Positions 8,847 through 17,864 of a stretch of DNA of 44,385 bases are shown piece by piece. Position 1 is the first letter of the stretch. Every line of letters starts with the position of its first letter. The position numbers and the translations under genes were made by a program. The DNA is from Pseudomonadota bacterium (GTDB taxonomy: Bacteria > Pseudomonadota > Gammaproteobacteria > Acidiferrobacterales > UBA6901), in assembly GCA_043738765.1 (NCBI GenBank), contig JAYUFH010000074.1, forward strand, positions 1 through 44,385, given 5' to 3'. A model generated the notes under the pieces. That model was not told where the DNA came from. It worked only from the letters and a program-made list of their open reading frames with translations, and made no database searches.

Positions 8847-9014
8847 ATGATCTGGTTCGCAATTATCTGGTTAGCGGTAGGTACCGTGGCGGCAGTTCTC
8901 TTTGGTCTGATGGCCCACCGATCGCAGTCATCCGCAGTCATCCTTAAAGAAAGTCCGAAGACGCGCAGCAACGCGGACTCGGTTCCCCACAAAGACCACG
9001 TCCCCGCCCTTTAA
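8847..9014 (+). CDS. Small single-pass membrane protein (55 aa), hypothetical
   Basis: AGGAGG at 8834-8839 lies 7 nt before ATG 8847. Sequence: MIWFAIIWLAVGTVAAVLFGLMAH (TM helix) followed by a polar tail. No homology recognised. It contains a 10-bp tandem duplication (8924-8943). Confidence 0.4.
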   Translation: MIWFAIIWLAVGTVAAVLFGLMAHRSQSSAVILKESPKTRSNADSVPHKDHVPAL

Positions 9015-9134
9015 CCGTCTTGAGTACGCCCCTCTCCGGCACCCCACCTCGGGACAGCTGGAGGGGGGATAGTGTCCTGCCCCACCACGCACCCCAGACC
9101 CACGGCTCCTAGCGCCTGGCGTTGCACATCGTGG

Positions 9135-9431
9135 TCAGGCACATAAATAGATTGCGGCCGCCTCTTCAGTCCGGGACAAATATCCCGGCATCTCCAGGTC
9201 TTCCATCTTCAGTAACTCGTGGACAGGCACCTCGAAGGCGTGAGCGATTTTAGCCAGATTGGCCAAGCCGATATTCACTTCCGCGCGCTCCACGTGGCCG
9301 ATGTAGTTGCGGTGCAGCCCCGCAAGCTCCGCCAACACCTCCTGTGACCAGCCGCGCGCCGCGCGCAACATGCGGATTCGTTTCGCGAGCTGCTGCTGAA
9401 TATTCTGATGAGATGAGAAAATCTCTGGCAT
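9135..9431 (-). CDS. XRE-family helix-turn-helix transcriptional regulator
   Basis: 98 aa. LAKRIRMLRAARGWSQEVLAELAGLHRNYIGHVERAEVNIGLANLAKIAHAF is a canonical Cro/C1-type HTH. GGGGAG Shine-Dalgarno upstream. Confidence 0.85.
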   Translation of the reverse strand: MPEIFSSHQNIQQQLAKRIRMLRAARGWSQEVLAELAGLHRNYIGHVERAEVNIGLANLAKIAHAFEVPVHELLKMEDLEMPGYLSRTEEAAAIYLCA

Positions 9432-9652
9432 GATTACTCCCCTATTTGTGACGGATAAACTGGACGGCTAGGGCGTGCTCGATATCATCACCAGCCGATA
9501 CAAGGCGATCAAGTCACCGATAGTAAGCGGGTCGCTTCGTTTGAACAAATTTCGGAGGAACAGTATTTGGTACATCTGCCCCTTGTCTCCCGCGGCGGGA
9601 GGTGAAATCAGGGGGCTACGTTGTGACACAGTGACGCACGCCGTCAGCGCCC

Positions 9653-10912
9653 TCATCCATTTCCGGAAGGGGCATCATGCTCCAAGGCCTTGATGTCCCC
9701 CCGCATGCGCCACAGCAACCAGATACCGGGCAAGGCCACCAAAGACGTAATAAAGAAGAACTCCACCCAACCTACCCACTCCACCAGGTAGCCGGCGGGC
9801 GGCCCCATATATTGGCGCCCCAGCGAGGCGAGAGAGGAGAGCAAGGCATACTGCGTGGCAGTATAACGATGGTTACACAAGGCCATCATGAAGGCGACAA
9901 AGGCCGCTGTTCCCATGCCACCGGTAATATTTTCGAAACCCACCGCCAACACTAGGAGGGCATAGCTTTTACCAACCCAGGCCAGCAGCATAAAAGATAG
10001 GTTGGAAACCGCCTGCAAGATACCGAACAGCATGAGAGACCGGAAGAGTCCCAGCCGCACCATCAGGCCACCGCCGATGAGTACACCAATGAGTGTGGCG
10101 GCCACACCCATCCCCTTGTTCACCACACCCACATCGGTCAGGGAAAAACCGACGCCGCGCAAAAGAAAGGCAGTGCTGAGGCTGCCGGCAAAGGCATCGC
10201 CCAGCTTGTACAGAACGACAGTGGCCAATAGCAAGACGGCCCCCGGTCGCCCGAAAAAATCCTGCAAGGGACCCACCACCGCCTCCTTCATGGTGCGCGG
10301 TGGCGTGACCCGCACTTCCGGCTCGGGGGCATACAGCGTGGCCGCCACACCGATCAGCAATAGACCCGTCATCAATAGGTAAGCACTCAACCAGCCGGTG
10401 TAATCCGCGATGATCAACGCCAGCGCGCCCGAAGCGATCATAGCGATGCGATACCCCAGCACCGATACCCCAGCGCCGAAACCGCGTTCCTTTTCATGCA
10501 AGACATCCGTGCGGTAGGCATCGAAGGCGATGTCCTGGGAAGCGGAGAGAAAGGCCACCACCAGCGCCAGGGCCGCCACCGCCAGGGGCGCATGTTTCGG
10601 TGAGCTGAAGCCGATGGCCGCGATACCGACCATAAGACCGATCTGTGTGGTCAGCATCCAACCGCGCCGACGACCCATCCAGGGCGGAACAAAACGATCC
10701 ATCACCGGGGACCAGAAAAATTTGAGGGTGTAGGGTAAACCCACCAGGGTAAACAGGCCGATGGTGTGCAGATCCACCCCTTCCACCGCGAGCCACGCCT
10801 GCAAGGTGCCGGATGTCAGCGCCAGGGGCAGACCGGAAGAGAATCCGAGGAACAACATCACCCCGACCCGGCGGTTGGTGAAGATCTCCCAGTAGCTGTT
10901 TTGTTTTGTCAT
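9653..10912 (-). CDS. ampG: Muropeptide MFS permease AmpG
   Basis: MTKQNSYWEIFTNRRVGVMLFLGFSSGLPLALTSGTLQAWL...LPYTLKFFWSPVMDR is the AmpG signature N-terminus. Multi-TM MFS. Start at ATG 10912 rather than the upstream listed start. Confidence 0.88.
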   Translation of the reverse strand: MTKQNSYWEIFTNRRVGVMLFLGFSSGLPLALTSGTLQAWLAVEGVDLHTIGLFTLVGLPYTLKFFWSPVMDRFVPPWMGRRRGWMLTTQIGLMVGIAAIGFSSPKHAPLAVAALALVVAFLSASQDIAFDAYRTDVLHEKERGFGAGVSVLGYRIAMIASGALALIIADYTGWLSAYLLMTGLLLIGVAATLYAPEPEVRVTPPRTMKEAVVGPLQDFFGRPGAVLLLATVVLYKLGDAFAGSLSTAFLLRGVGFSLTDVGVVNKGMGVAATLIGVLIGGGLMVRLGLFRSLMLFGILQAVSNLSFMLLAWVGKSYALLVLAVGFENITGGMGTAAFVAFMMALCNHRYTATQYALLSSLASLGRQYMGPPAGYLVEWVGWVEFFFITSLVALPGIWLLWRMRGDIKALEHDAPSGNG

Positions 10913-11023
10913 AACAATGCTTACGGTGTTGCGCGCCGGAATCTTAACATGACACCCAGCGCCGTGTGGCAAACTGAACGCCAGCGTCCCGCCGCCTCCC
11001 AGGAACCATCAGCGCGGCGATGG

Positions 11024-11800
11024 TCATCGAAGCTTGGTAGCGTAATCGATAATCAGCGGCGCATGATCGGAGAAGCGCTTGCGCTTGTAGATGGACTCGG
11101 CCTCGGCCTTTTTGGCGATGCCCGGTGTCGCGATCTGATAATCGATGCGCCACCCCACGTTCTTGTCCCACGACTGTCCGCGATTGGACCACCAGGTGTA
11201 TTGCTCCGGCTGGTCGTTCAACCGGCGAAACACATCCACCCAACCAAGTTTGTCCAGCACCTGCGTCATCCAGGCGCGCTCTTCCGGCAGAAAACCGGAA
11301 TTCTTTTGATTGCTGCGCCAATTTTTCAGATCGATCTCTTTGTGGGCGATGTTCCAGTCGCCACAAATAATATACTCGCGGCCGTCCGTGCGGTGTTTTT
11401 TCAGCACCGGCAGAAACTCATCCATAAAATGAAACTTCACCGCCTGGCGCTCCGGCCCGCTGGATCCGGACGGCAGATACAGGGAGATCACGCTGAGCTT
11501 GCCGAAATCCGCCTGAATATAGCGGCCCTCCACGTCGAAATCCGGGATGCCGAGACCGATGCGCACATTGTCCGGCTCACGCGCGCAATACAAGGCGACG
11601 CCGGAATAGCCCTTCTTCCCGGCGCAATGGAAAAAACCATGATAGCCCCGGGGCGCCAGCATTTCCCCGGTCAGCTGCGGCTCCTGCGCCTTCAACTCCT
11701 GCAGGCAGATGACGTCCGCCTGTTGACGCAGCATCCACGGGAAAAACCCCTTGCTGGCGGCGGAACGTATGCCGTTGAGATTGGCCGAGATGACGCGCAT
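11024..11800 (-). CDS. xthA: Exodeoxyribonuclease III
   Basis: MRVISANLNGIRSA...DVICLQELK...GYSGVALY...ICGDWNIAH...FSDHAPLIIDY. These are the EEP-family catalytic motifs of Xth. Confidence 0.93.
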   Translation of the reverse strand: MRVISANLNGIRSAASKGFFPWMLRQQADVICLQELKAQEPQLTGEMLAPRGYHGFFHCAGKKGYSGVALYCAREPDNVRIGLGIPDFDVEGRYIQADFGKLSVISLYLPSGSSGPERQAVKFHFMDEFLPVLKKHRTDGREYIICGDWNIAHKEIDLKNWRSNQKNSGFLPEERAWMTQVLDKLGWVDVFRRLNDQPEQYTWWSNRGQSWDKNVGWRIDYQIATPGIAKKAEAESIYKRKRFSDHAPLIIDYATKLR

Positions 11801-11886
11801 TTAATTTTCTCGAATTTAGTGTAATATTTTTTAGTAGTTGACGGTGGTATAACCTTACCTAACCAGCACAACTTAACGCCCGAGCC

Positions 11887-12633
11887 ATGACACGCATCCA
11901 AGCCTTTCTCATCCACCTCGGCATTAGTGTCGCGATTTACCTTATATTGCTCTACCTTATTGTTTTTATCTGGTACCCACAACCGTTTTTTGCCGCGGAC
12001 GGCGGTTGGCAGGGCATCCGGCTGGTAACCGGCATCGATCTGATCCTGGGTCCAGTACTTACCCTGATCGTCTTCAAGGCCGGCAAGCCCGGACTTAAAT
12101 TTGATCTCACCCTCATCGGTATTTTACAGGTACTGGCATTGTCCTGGGGCGTCTGGACGGTCTATAACCAGCGCACCGATCTCGTGGTGTTTGCCGACGG
12201 CGCCTTTTACACCTTAAACCCCGAGCAGGTAGCGGGTGTGGGCGCGGCGGCGCAAAAAATTATCGCCCATGCGGATACGCGTCCGCCCTACGCCTATGTC
12301 AACCTGCCCTTGGACAAGGCGGAAAGAAAATCCCTGGTCAGAAGCCTGTTCGCAGGCAAACCCCTGTTTCTGCATGGCGAGTTGTATGCGCCCCTGACCG
12401 CTGACAACCGGCGGAAAATACCGGCGCAAAGCATGCCGGTGGCGTCGCTGCTGAACAAATCACCGCGCAGTCAGCAGGCCCTGGATGATTTCCTGCAGCA
12501 TCAGCGGGGAAAGGTGGACGACTACGCCTTCTTGCCGTTACATTGCCGCTATGAACACTTGGTCATCGCGCTGAACCGGAAAGATGGCCAGTTTGTCGCG
12601 TCCCTGAATATCAACACCGCTCACCTTTACTGA
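11887..12633 (+). CDS. Membrane protein resembling type IV pilin accessory protein (FimB-like)
   Basis: 248 aa with three N-terminal TM helices. The N-terminus (HLGISVAIYLILLYLIVFIWYPQPFFAADGGWQGIRLVTGIDLILGPVLTLIVFKAGKPGLKFDL) matches my recollection of FimB/TfpB-type accessory proteins. Family call is from memory only. Confidence 0.5.
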   Translation: MTRIQAFLIHLGISVAIYLILLYLIVFIWYPQPFFAADGGWQGIRLVTGIDLILGPVLTLIVFKAGKPGLKFDLTLIGILQVLALSWGVWTVYNQRTDLVVFADGAFYTLNPEQVAGVGAAAQKIIAHADTRPPYAYVNLPLDKAERKSLVRSLFAGKPLFLHGELYAPLTADNRRKIPAQSMPVASLLNKSPRSQQALDDFLQHQRGKVDDYAFLPLHCRYEHLVIALNRKDGQFVASLNINTAHLY

Positions 12634-12696
12634 CCGCAGCGCTGCCGGCCTGCGCACCGCGCAGCCGACAAAAGTTTCAGGAAAAACAATCAAGCT

Positions 12697-13338
12697 ATGC
12701 ATACCTATCAAAAGGAATTTCTCGACTTCGCCATCGCCGCGGACGTCCTGCGTTTTGGCGAGTTCACCCTCAAGTCCGGGCGCATTAGTCCCTATTTCTT
12801 CAATACCGGTCTGTTCAATACGGGTGACCGGCTGGCGCGCCTGGGCCGCTTCTACGCCCAGGCCATTCTGCACTCGGGGCTTAACTTCGACATGGTGTAT
12901 GGCCCCGCTTATAAAGGTATCCCCCTGGCGTGTACGACGGCGATTGCCTTGGCAGACCAGCATGGGCGCGATGTCCCCTATGCCTTCAATCGCAAGGAGG
13001 CAAAAAAACATGCCGAGGGCGGCGTTATCGTCGGCGCACCTCTGAAGGGGAAGGTATTGATCATCGATGATGTGATCTCCGCCGGCCTGTCCGTGGGGGA
13101 GTCAATAAACATCATCCATCAGGCCGGCGCCACGCCGGCGGGCGTGGCCATTGCACTCAATCGTATGGAGCGGGGTCACGCCGACGTCTCGGCGGTGAGG
13201 GAGGTGGAACAGCGTCACCAGTTGTCGGTGACGAGCATTGTGACGCTGGACACACTGGTCGCTTATCTGGAAGAAAACCACGAGGCAGGGGCGCATCTCA
13301 GCGCTATCCGCGCTTATCGTGCCGAATACGGCGGCTGA
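12697..13338 (+). CDS. pyrE: Orotate phosphoribosyltransferase
   Basis: [27 protein letters not shown], and the PRPP loop [13 protein letters not shown]. Confidence 0.95.
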   Translation: MHTYQKEFLDFAIAADVLRFGEFTLKSGRISPYFFNTGLFNTGDRLARLGRFYAQAILHSGLNFDMVYGPAYKGIPLACTTAIALADQHGRDVPYAFNRKEAKKHAEGGVIVGAPLKGKVLIIDDVISAGLSVGESINIIHQAGATPAGVAIALNRMERGHADVSAVREVEQRHQLSVTSIVTLDTLVAYLEENHEAGAHLSAIRAYRAEYGG

Positions 13339-13349
13339 AGGCGTTCAGC

Positions 13350-13730
13350 TTAGTGTGCGCGCCGTTCTTTGAAGTGCGTAAGCATACTGTCGCGACTGAT
13401 GTTGCCCTGAACCACGGCACCCTCGGCCACGGCGATCAACGGGCTGCTGAGGTTGCCACTCACATGCGCGGTGGAGCGCAACTCCAGCTTGTAACGGGCG
13501 GTGACGTTACCGTCTACGCGCCCACGAATCACCACGGTGTCGGCCACCACATTGCCCTGCCATCGGCAATCCTGGGCCAGCATCACTGCGCCCTCCACAT
13601 CGCTGTTGCCACGCACCATGCCCCGCACCAGGTAATTGTCTTTACCCTGCAGGTTGCCGATGAAGGCCTGATCCCGCGCGATGGTGGAAGGCAGTTCACG
13701 CATACCGTCCAGTGCCCTGCGCTTAGTCAT
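13350..13730 (-). CDS. Bactofilin-family cytoskeletal protein
   Basis: 126 aa. Repetitive beta-helix pattern (GNLQGKDNYLVRGMVRGNSDVEGAVML...WQGNVVADTVVIRGRVDGNVTA...LRSTAHVSGNLSSPLIAVAEGAVVQGNI). GGAG Shine-Dalgarno upstream. Confidence 0.8.
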   Translation of the reverse strand: MTKRRALDGMRELPSTIARDQAFIGNLQGKDNYLVRGMVRGNSDVEGAVMLAQDCRWQGNVVADTVVIRGRVDGNVTARYKLELRSTAHVSGNLSSPLIAVAEGAVVQGNISRDSMLTHFKERRAH

Positions 13731-14279
13731 ACGATCTCCAGAATAGTCGACATATTTAGGGGCTTCTACTTACCAATCTATTCGAATCATGGGCGTGCCT
13801 ACATTGGCTGAAAAAGGTGGCGACGGCAACAACCAGCAACCGCTCATCACGTGACTTGCCGAATAACTTTCTGCGCGGCCGCATCGTCTCATAGACGATG
13901 AAATTATCGAAGAAGTTTCGTTTTATCTATCCCTGGACTGACTGATTCTTACCTGGCTGCTGAGACAGTTAAGGTAATGCCAAACCTGCGCATGCATGCC
14001 GTCGCCGTTGCGACGTCATACCCGGCAACGTACACATTGCGCCCGACTATAATGGGGGGCTTACCACCACCGAATGGACACCCCTGGGGATAGAATGAGA
14101 AACGGTAACGCAGATTTTTATGACCTGACCCCAGCCCAACGCGCGACCCCAACCGGTTAGAAGACCCGCGCGCTCGACGGCCAGACCGCCACTTCCGGCG
14201 TTCCGGACGGGGAAAGGCGTTGACATTTTTACCATTCGCCCTAGTCTTGTGAGCATTCGTGATCGCACAGGTACCCCGT

Positions 14280-14957
14280 ATGGCCAAGTCCACCCTAGCT
14301 ACCCTGATCGCACTGATCGCCACCTTTGCCCTGCTGAGCGTAGCCGCCCAGGCGGGACCCGCCACTGGCAGCAAGATCAAAAAATGCCAGGACGCCAGCG
14401 GTCACTGGCATTATGGGGACAACGCGGACGATATGTGTCGGCAATCCAAAATAGTCGAAATCAATGAACAAGGCCTCACCACCAAGGAAATCGCCGCGCC
14501 CATGACGGCGGAACAACTCAAGCAGCGGGAAAACAATAAAGCCACCCTCGAGGCCGAAAAGAAAGTGGCTGAGGAACAAGCCCGTCAAGACCAGATATTG
14601 CTTTCCACCTATGGCCATGAGGATGACATCAGCTACGTCCGTGACCGGAAAATCGCCGATACCGAGGCCCAGATCCAGTCCAGCCAGAAGACCCTGACCG
14701 CCCTGCACAGCACCCAGAAACGCATACAGGCGCAGGCGGCGGACGAACAACGTGGGGGCAAACCCATCTCCGAAGCCAGTGCCAAACAAATTGCCAATAT
14801 CGAAGCCCAGATCGCCAAGCACGAGCAATATGTCGCGGCAAAACAAAAGGAAATCGAGGCTATTCGCGCCCAAGCGACGAAAGATATGGAACGTTACCGG
14901 TATCTAAAAAGGGGGCTGCCCACTCCCGCCCCAGCCGCCGCTCAGACCCATCAATAG
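14280..14957 (+). CDS. Exported coiled-coil protein with DUF4124-like N-terminal domain
   Basis: Signal peptide MAKSTLATLIALIATFALLSVAAQA. KCQDASGHWHYGDNADD resembles the DUF4124 core. The remainder is a Q/E/K/A-rich predicted coiled coil. Confidence 0.6.
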   Translation: MAKSTLATLIALIATFALLSVAAQAGPATGSKIKKCQDASGHWHYGDNADDMCRQSKIVEINEQGLTTKEIAAPMTAEQLKQRENNKATLEAEKKVAEEQARQDQILLSTYGHEDDISYVRDRKIADTEAQIQSSQKTLTALHSTQKRIQAQAADEQRGGKPISEASAKQIANIEAQIAKHEQYVAAKQKEIEAIRAQATKDMERYRYLKRGLPTPAPAAAQTHQ

Positions 14958-15006
14958 CAAAGCCGCCGGTGTTCGTCGGACCCTCGACACGGCTCCGCCA
15001 AATTCA

Positions 15007-15435
15007 TCACATCGGAACAACCCAGCGATGGCCCGCCGGCGTTTGTTCCTGCTTCCAGAATGGGGCGCGGGTCTTCAGTTCATCAATAATATAGCGACAG
15101 GCCAGGAACGCCGCGTCCCGGTGAGCGGACCACACGGCGACCAACACAATCGGATCATTGGGAAGCAAAGGGCCGACGCGGTGTATCACCAGGCTATCCA
15201 GGATTTCCCAGCGTTGCCCAGCGTCGGCACAGACCCTCTCCAGATGTTTTTCGGTCATGCCGGGATAATGCTCCAGGGTCATGGCCGCCACCGGATTGCC
15301 CTGATTGAAATCCCGCAGACACCCCACAAAGGCCGTGGTGGCACCAAACTTTCCCGCGAGCGCCGGTTGGGCTTCTTGGTAAGTGGCCACTTCCTTCCAG
15401 GGATCGAAAGCGGAAGCTTGGATTTGGACCCGCAT
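15007..15435 (-). CDS. moaE: Molybdopterin synthase catalytic subunit MoaE
   Basis: GATTAFVGCLRDF...LEHYPGMTEKHL...IVLVAVWSAHRDAAF..CRYIIDELKTRAPFWKQE. One-nucleotide overlap with the moaD stop. Confidence 0.9.
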   Translation of the reverse strand: MRVQIQASAFDPWKEVATYQEAQPALAGKFGATTAFVGCLRDFNQGNPVAAMTLEHYPGMTEKHLERVCADAGQRWEILDSLVIHRVGPLLPNDPIVLVAVWSAHRDAAFLACRYIIDELKTRAPFWKQEQTPAGHRWVVPM

Positions 15436-15668
15436 CAGCCCCCCGTCACCGGTGGGAAAAAAGCTACCTCGTCACCCGCGCTGACCGGCTGGCGCCAACT
15501 CACGTACTCTTGGTTAATGGCGACCAAGGTGTTGACGGGCAACGGCTCGGGGCTAACTTGAGTCCACACCTCGGCGACGCATGATATTCCTTCTACATCA
15601 ATAGTTTCTTCGCTTTTACCCAGCTTTTCCCGAAGGCTGGCGAAATAACGAACGGTGATCATCTTCAT
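15435..15668 (-). CDS. moaD: Molybdopterin synthase sulfur-carrier subunit MoaD
   Basis: 77 aa with ubiquitin-like pattern (VRYFASLREKLG...) ending in the obligatory ...FFPPVTGG. Confidence 0.9.
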   Translation of the reverse strand: MKMITVRYFASLREKLGKSEETIDVEGISCVAEVWTQVSPEPLPVNTLVAINQEYVSWRQPVSAGDEVAFFPPVTGG

Positions 15669-16022
15669 AGGTCTACTCTAGGCATGCGGTCGACGGAAAA
15701 TTCCCACGGTATTCATACTCTGCCCCGGTAAAATGCGCTAGAATGACCGGCTTTACAAGGTCTCACCCCACCGGCATGGCAGATGGGGTTTTGAGCGAGC
15801 ATCGGCAGGCGATAATTACAACAAATTCAAATAAACGCCGCTTATCGACCACTGCAGTAATACTAATTAGTTTTAGCCAAGACAAGGATTTAAAGTCGGT
15901 CGTTATTTCGCCCCCCCGTTTCTGCTCCTGGCACGGTTGAGCCCAACGGCGACACCCCTTTTGGTAGGGTAGTTTAGATACCCGGATATTGGCGTTGTTA
16001 GTGGTTATGAGGATAACTAAAT

Positions 16023-17237
16023 ATGAGTAAACTGGTAAACCCCCACGGCAGCAATGCCCTGAAACCCCTGCTGCTGGAAGGTGCTACCCTTCAGGCCGAG
16101 CTGGAACGGGCGAAAAAACTTCCCCAACTGAAAGTCTCTTCCCGTGAAGTCGGCGACATCCTGATGCTCGGCATCGGCGGCTTCACCCCCCTCGACGGCT
16201 TCATGACCCACGCCGACTGGCAAGGTGTCTGTGATGGGATGAAAATGGTCGGCGGTCTGTTCTGGCCCATCCCTATTACCCTCTCCGCGGACAAAGCCGC
16301 CGCCGACGGCATCAAGACCGGCGCCGAGATCACCCTGGTGGACGGCGAAACCGGCGAACTCATGGCCACCATGAAGGTCACCGAGAAGTACGCCATCGAC
16401 AAGGCCCACGAATGCATGATGGTGTACAAGACCACGGACCTGGAACACCCCGGGGTCAAGATGGTCATGGACCAGGGCAATATCAATCTCGCCGGCCCCA
16501 TCAAGGTCCTCACCCAAGGCGAATTCCCCAAGAAGTACGCCGACTACATGACCCCCGCGCAGACGCGCAAGCTGTTCGAGGAAAAAGGCTGGTCCACCGT
16601 CGCCGCCTTCCAGACCCGCAACCCCATGCACCGCTCGCACGAATACCTGGCGAAAGTCGCCGTGGAAATCTGTGACGGCGTGCTGATCCACTCGCTGCTG
16701 GGCAAACTCAAGCCCGGTGACATCCCGGCGGAAGTGCGCTCCAAGGCCATCGGCACCCTGGTCGACAAGTACTTCGTCAAGAACACCGTGATCCAGTCCG
16801 GCTACCCGCTGGACATGCGTTACGCCGGTCCGCGCGAGGCACTGCTGCACGCGTTGTTCCGTCAGAACTACGGCTGCTCGCACCTCATCGTCGGCCGCGA
16901 CCACGCCGGCGTCGGCGACTACTACGGTCCCTTCGACGCGCACCACATCTTCGACCAGATCCCAAAAGATGCCCTGGAAACCAAGCCGCTTAAAATCGAC
17001 TGGACCTTCTGGTGCTACAAGTGCGGCGGCATGGCCTCGGCCCGCACCTGCCCGCACGACGCCGGGGACCGCCTGCTGGTGTCCGGCACCAAGCTGCGCA
17101 AGGCCCTGTCGGAGAACGCCGAGGTAGCGGCGGAATTCAGCCGTCCCGAGGTCCTCGCCATTCTGCGCGAGTACTACGCGAGCATCAAAGAAGGCGACAA
17201 GGTAGAGGTAAAGCTGTCCGGACATTCGGCCAAGTGA
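16023..17237 (+). CDS. sat: Sulfate adenylyltransferase (dissimilatory-type ATP sulfurylase)
   Basis: 404 aa. Motifs [14 protein letters not shown] and [13 protein letters not shown]. Positioned directly upstream of aprBA. Confidence 0.95.
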   Translation: MSKLVNPHGSNALKPLLLEGATLQAELERAKKLPQLKVSSREVGDILMLGIGGFTPLDGFMTHADWQGVCDGMKMVGGLFWPIPITLSADKAAADGIKTGAEITLVDGETGELMATMKVTEKYAIDKAHECMMVYKTTDLEHPGVKMVMDQGNINLAGPIKVLTQGEFPKKYADYMTPAQTRKLFEEKGWSTVAAFQTRNPMHRSHEYLAKVAVEICDGVLIHSLLGKLKPGDIPAEVRSKAIGTLVDKYFVKNTVIQSGYPLDMRYAGPREALLHALFRQNYGCSHLIVGRDHAGVGDYYGPFDAHHIFDQIPKDALETKPLKIDWTFWCYKCGGMASARTCPHDAGDRLLVSGTKLRKALSENAEVAAEFSRPEVLAILREYYASIKEGDKVEVKLSGHSAK

Positions 17238-17338
17238 GGCGACAACGCCTTGCCCCGGGTCCGGCGGCAACATTAATTATTTTTGCAGTATTAAATTTAG
17301 ACGTTTTGTAATTCAACCTAAGAAAATGGAGCGCAATC

Positions 17339-17815
17339 ATGCCAACATTCGTACGTACCGATAAATGCGATGGCTGCAAGGGTCAGGACAAGACCGCTTG
17401 CATGTACATCTGCCCGCACGACCTGATGATGCTGGACAAAGACGGTTCCGAGACCGGTCACGCCATGAAGGCCTACAACCAGGAACCGGAACAGTGCTGG
17501 GAGTGTTATTCCTGCGTGAAGATCTGCCCGCAACAGGCGATCGAAGTTCGCCACTACGCCGACATCGTACCGCTTGGTGGTTCGGTGCAGCCGCTGCGTG
17601 GCACCGACTCCATCATGTGGACCATCAAGTTCCGCAACGGCAACATGAAGCGTTTCAAGTTCCCGATCCGTACCACGCCGGAAGGCTCGATCAAGCCGTA
17701 CGAAGGCAAGCCCACGGTCAAGATGGCCGACATCGCCAAGCCGGGCACCTTCACCAGCGCCGTGATGGGTGGCTACCGCGCCGGCAAGAAGGAAGAGTTG
17801 ATCCGCGTCAAGTAA
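17339..17815 (+). CDS. aprB: Adenylylsulfate (APS) reductase beta subunit
   Basis: MPTFVRTDKCDGCKG..CMYICPHDLM and CWECYSCVKICPQQAI (two [4Fe-4S] motifs), plus the AprB-type C-terminal tail. Confidence 0.95.
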   Translation: MPTFVRTDKCDGCKGQDKTACMYICPHDLMMLDKDGSETGHAMKAYNQEPEQCWECYSCVKICPQQAIEVRHYADIVPLGGSVQPLRGTDSIMWTIKFRNGNMKRFKFPIRTTPEGSIKPYEGKPTVKMADIAKPGTFTSAVMGGYRAGKKEELIRVK

Positions 17816-17864
17816 GGATCAACCGGGTACAGGATTAACAACTGAATTTTTTAAGGTGAAACAT

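Noticed and set aside
9468-9656. 62-aa ORF upstream of the XRE gene, as a candidate toxin of a HigB/HigA-like pair.
   Set aside because: No resemblance to RelE, HigB or other toxin folds that I can see. It starts inside the ampG stop codon and its composition looks non-protein-like. Kept only as context in the sparse-region finding.
13781-13788. TTCGAATC (T-loop-like) as a hint of a tRNA; likewise GGTTCAATTCC at about 22266.
   Set aside because: No flanking acceptor or T-arm complementarity. The second lies inside the RDD coding sequence. I found no tRNA cloverleaf in any intergenic region.
13949-14380. 143-aa minus-strand ORF (and nested 73-aa ORF) in the bactofilin/DUF4124 intergenic region.
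   Set aside because: Arg/Gly-rich with no motifs and no Shine-Dalgarno. Its 5' part overlaps the well-supported DUF4124 gene start on the other strand.
15669-15800. Possible Moco riboswitch in the moaD leader (minus strand).
   Set aside because: I could not recognise the conserved Moco-motif core or its paired elements by eye. Only short generic stems (GCCGG/CCGGT) are present. A covariance-model scan would be needed. Not reported as a feature.
15929-15944. sigma-54-like TGGCAC upstream of sat.
   Set aside because: After TGGCAC, the GC of the -12 element is one nucleotide out of register (TGGCACggttgAGCC does not fit GG-N10-GC), and no TTGC is present.
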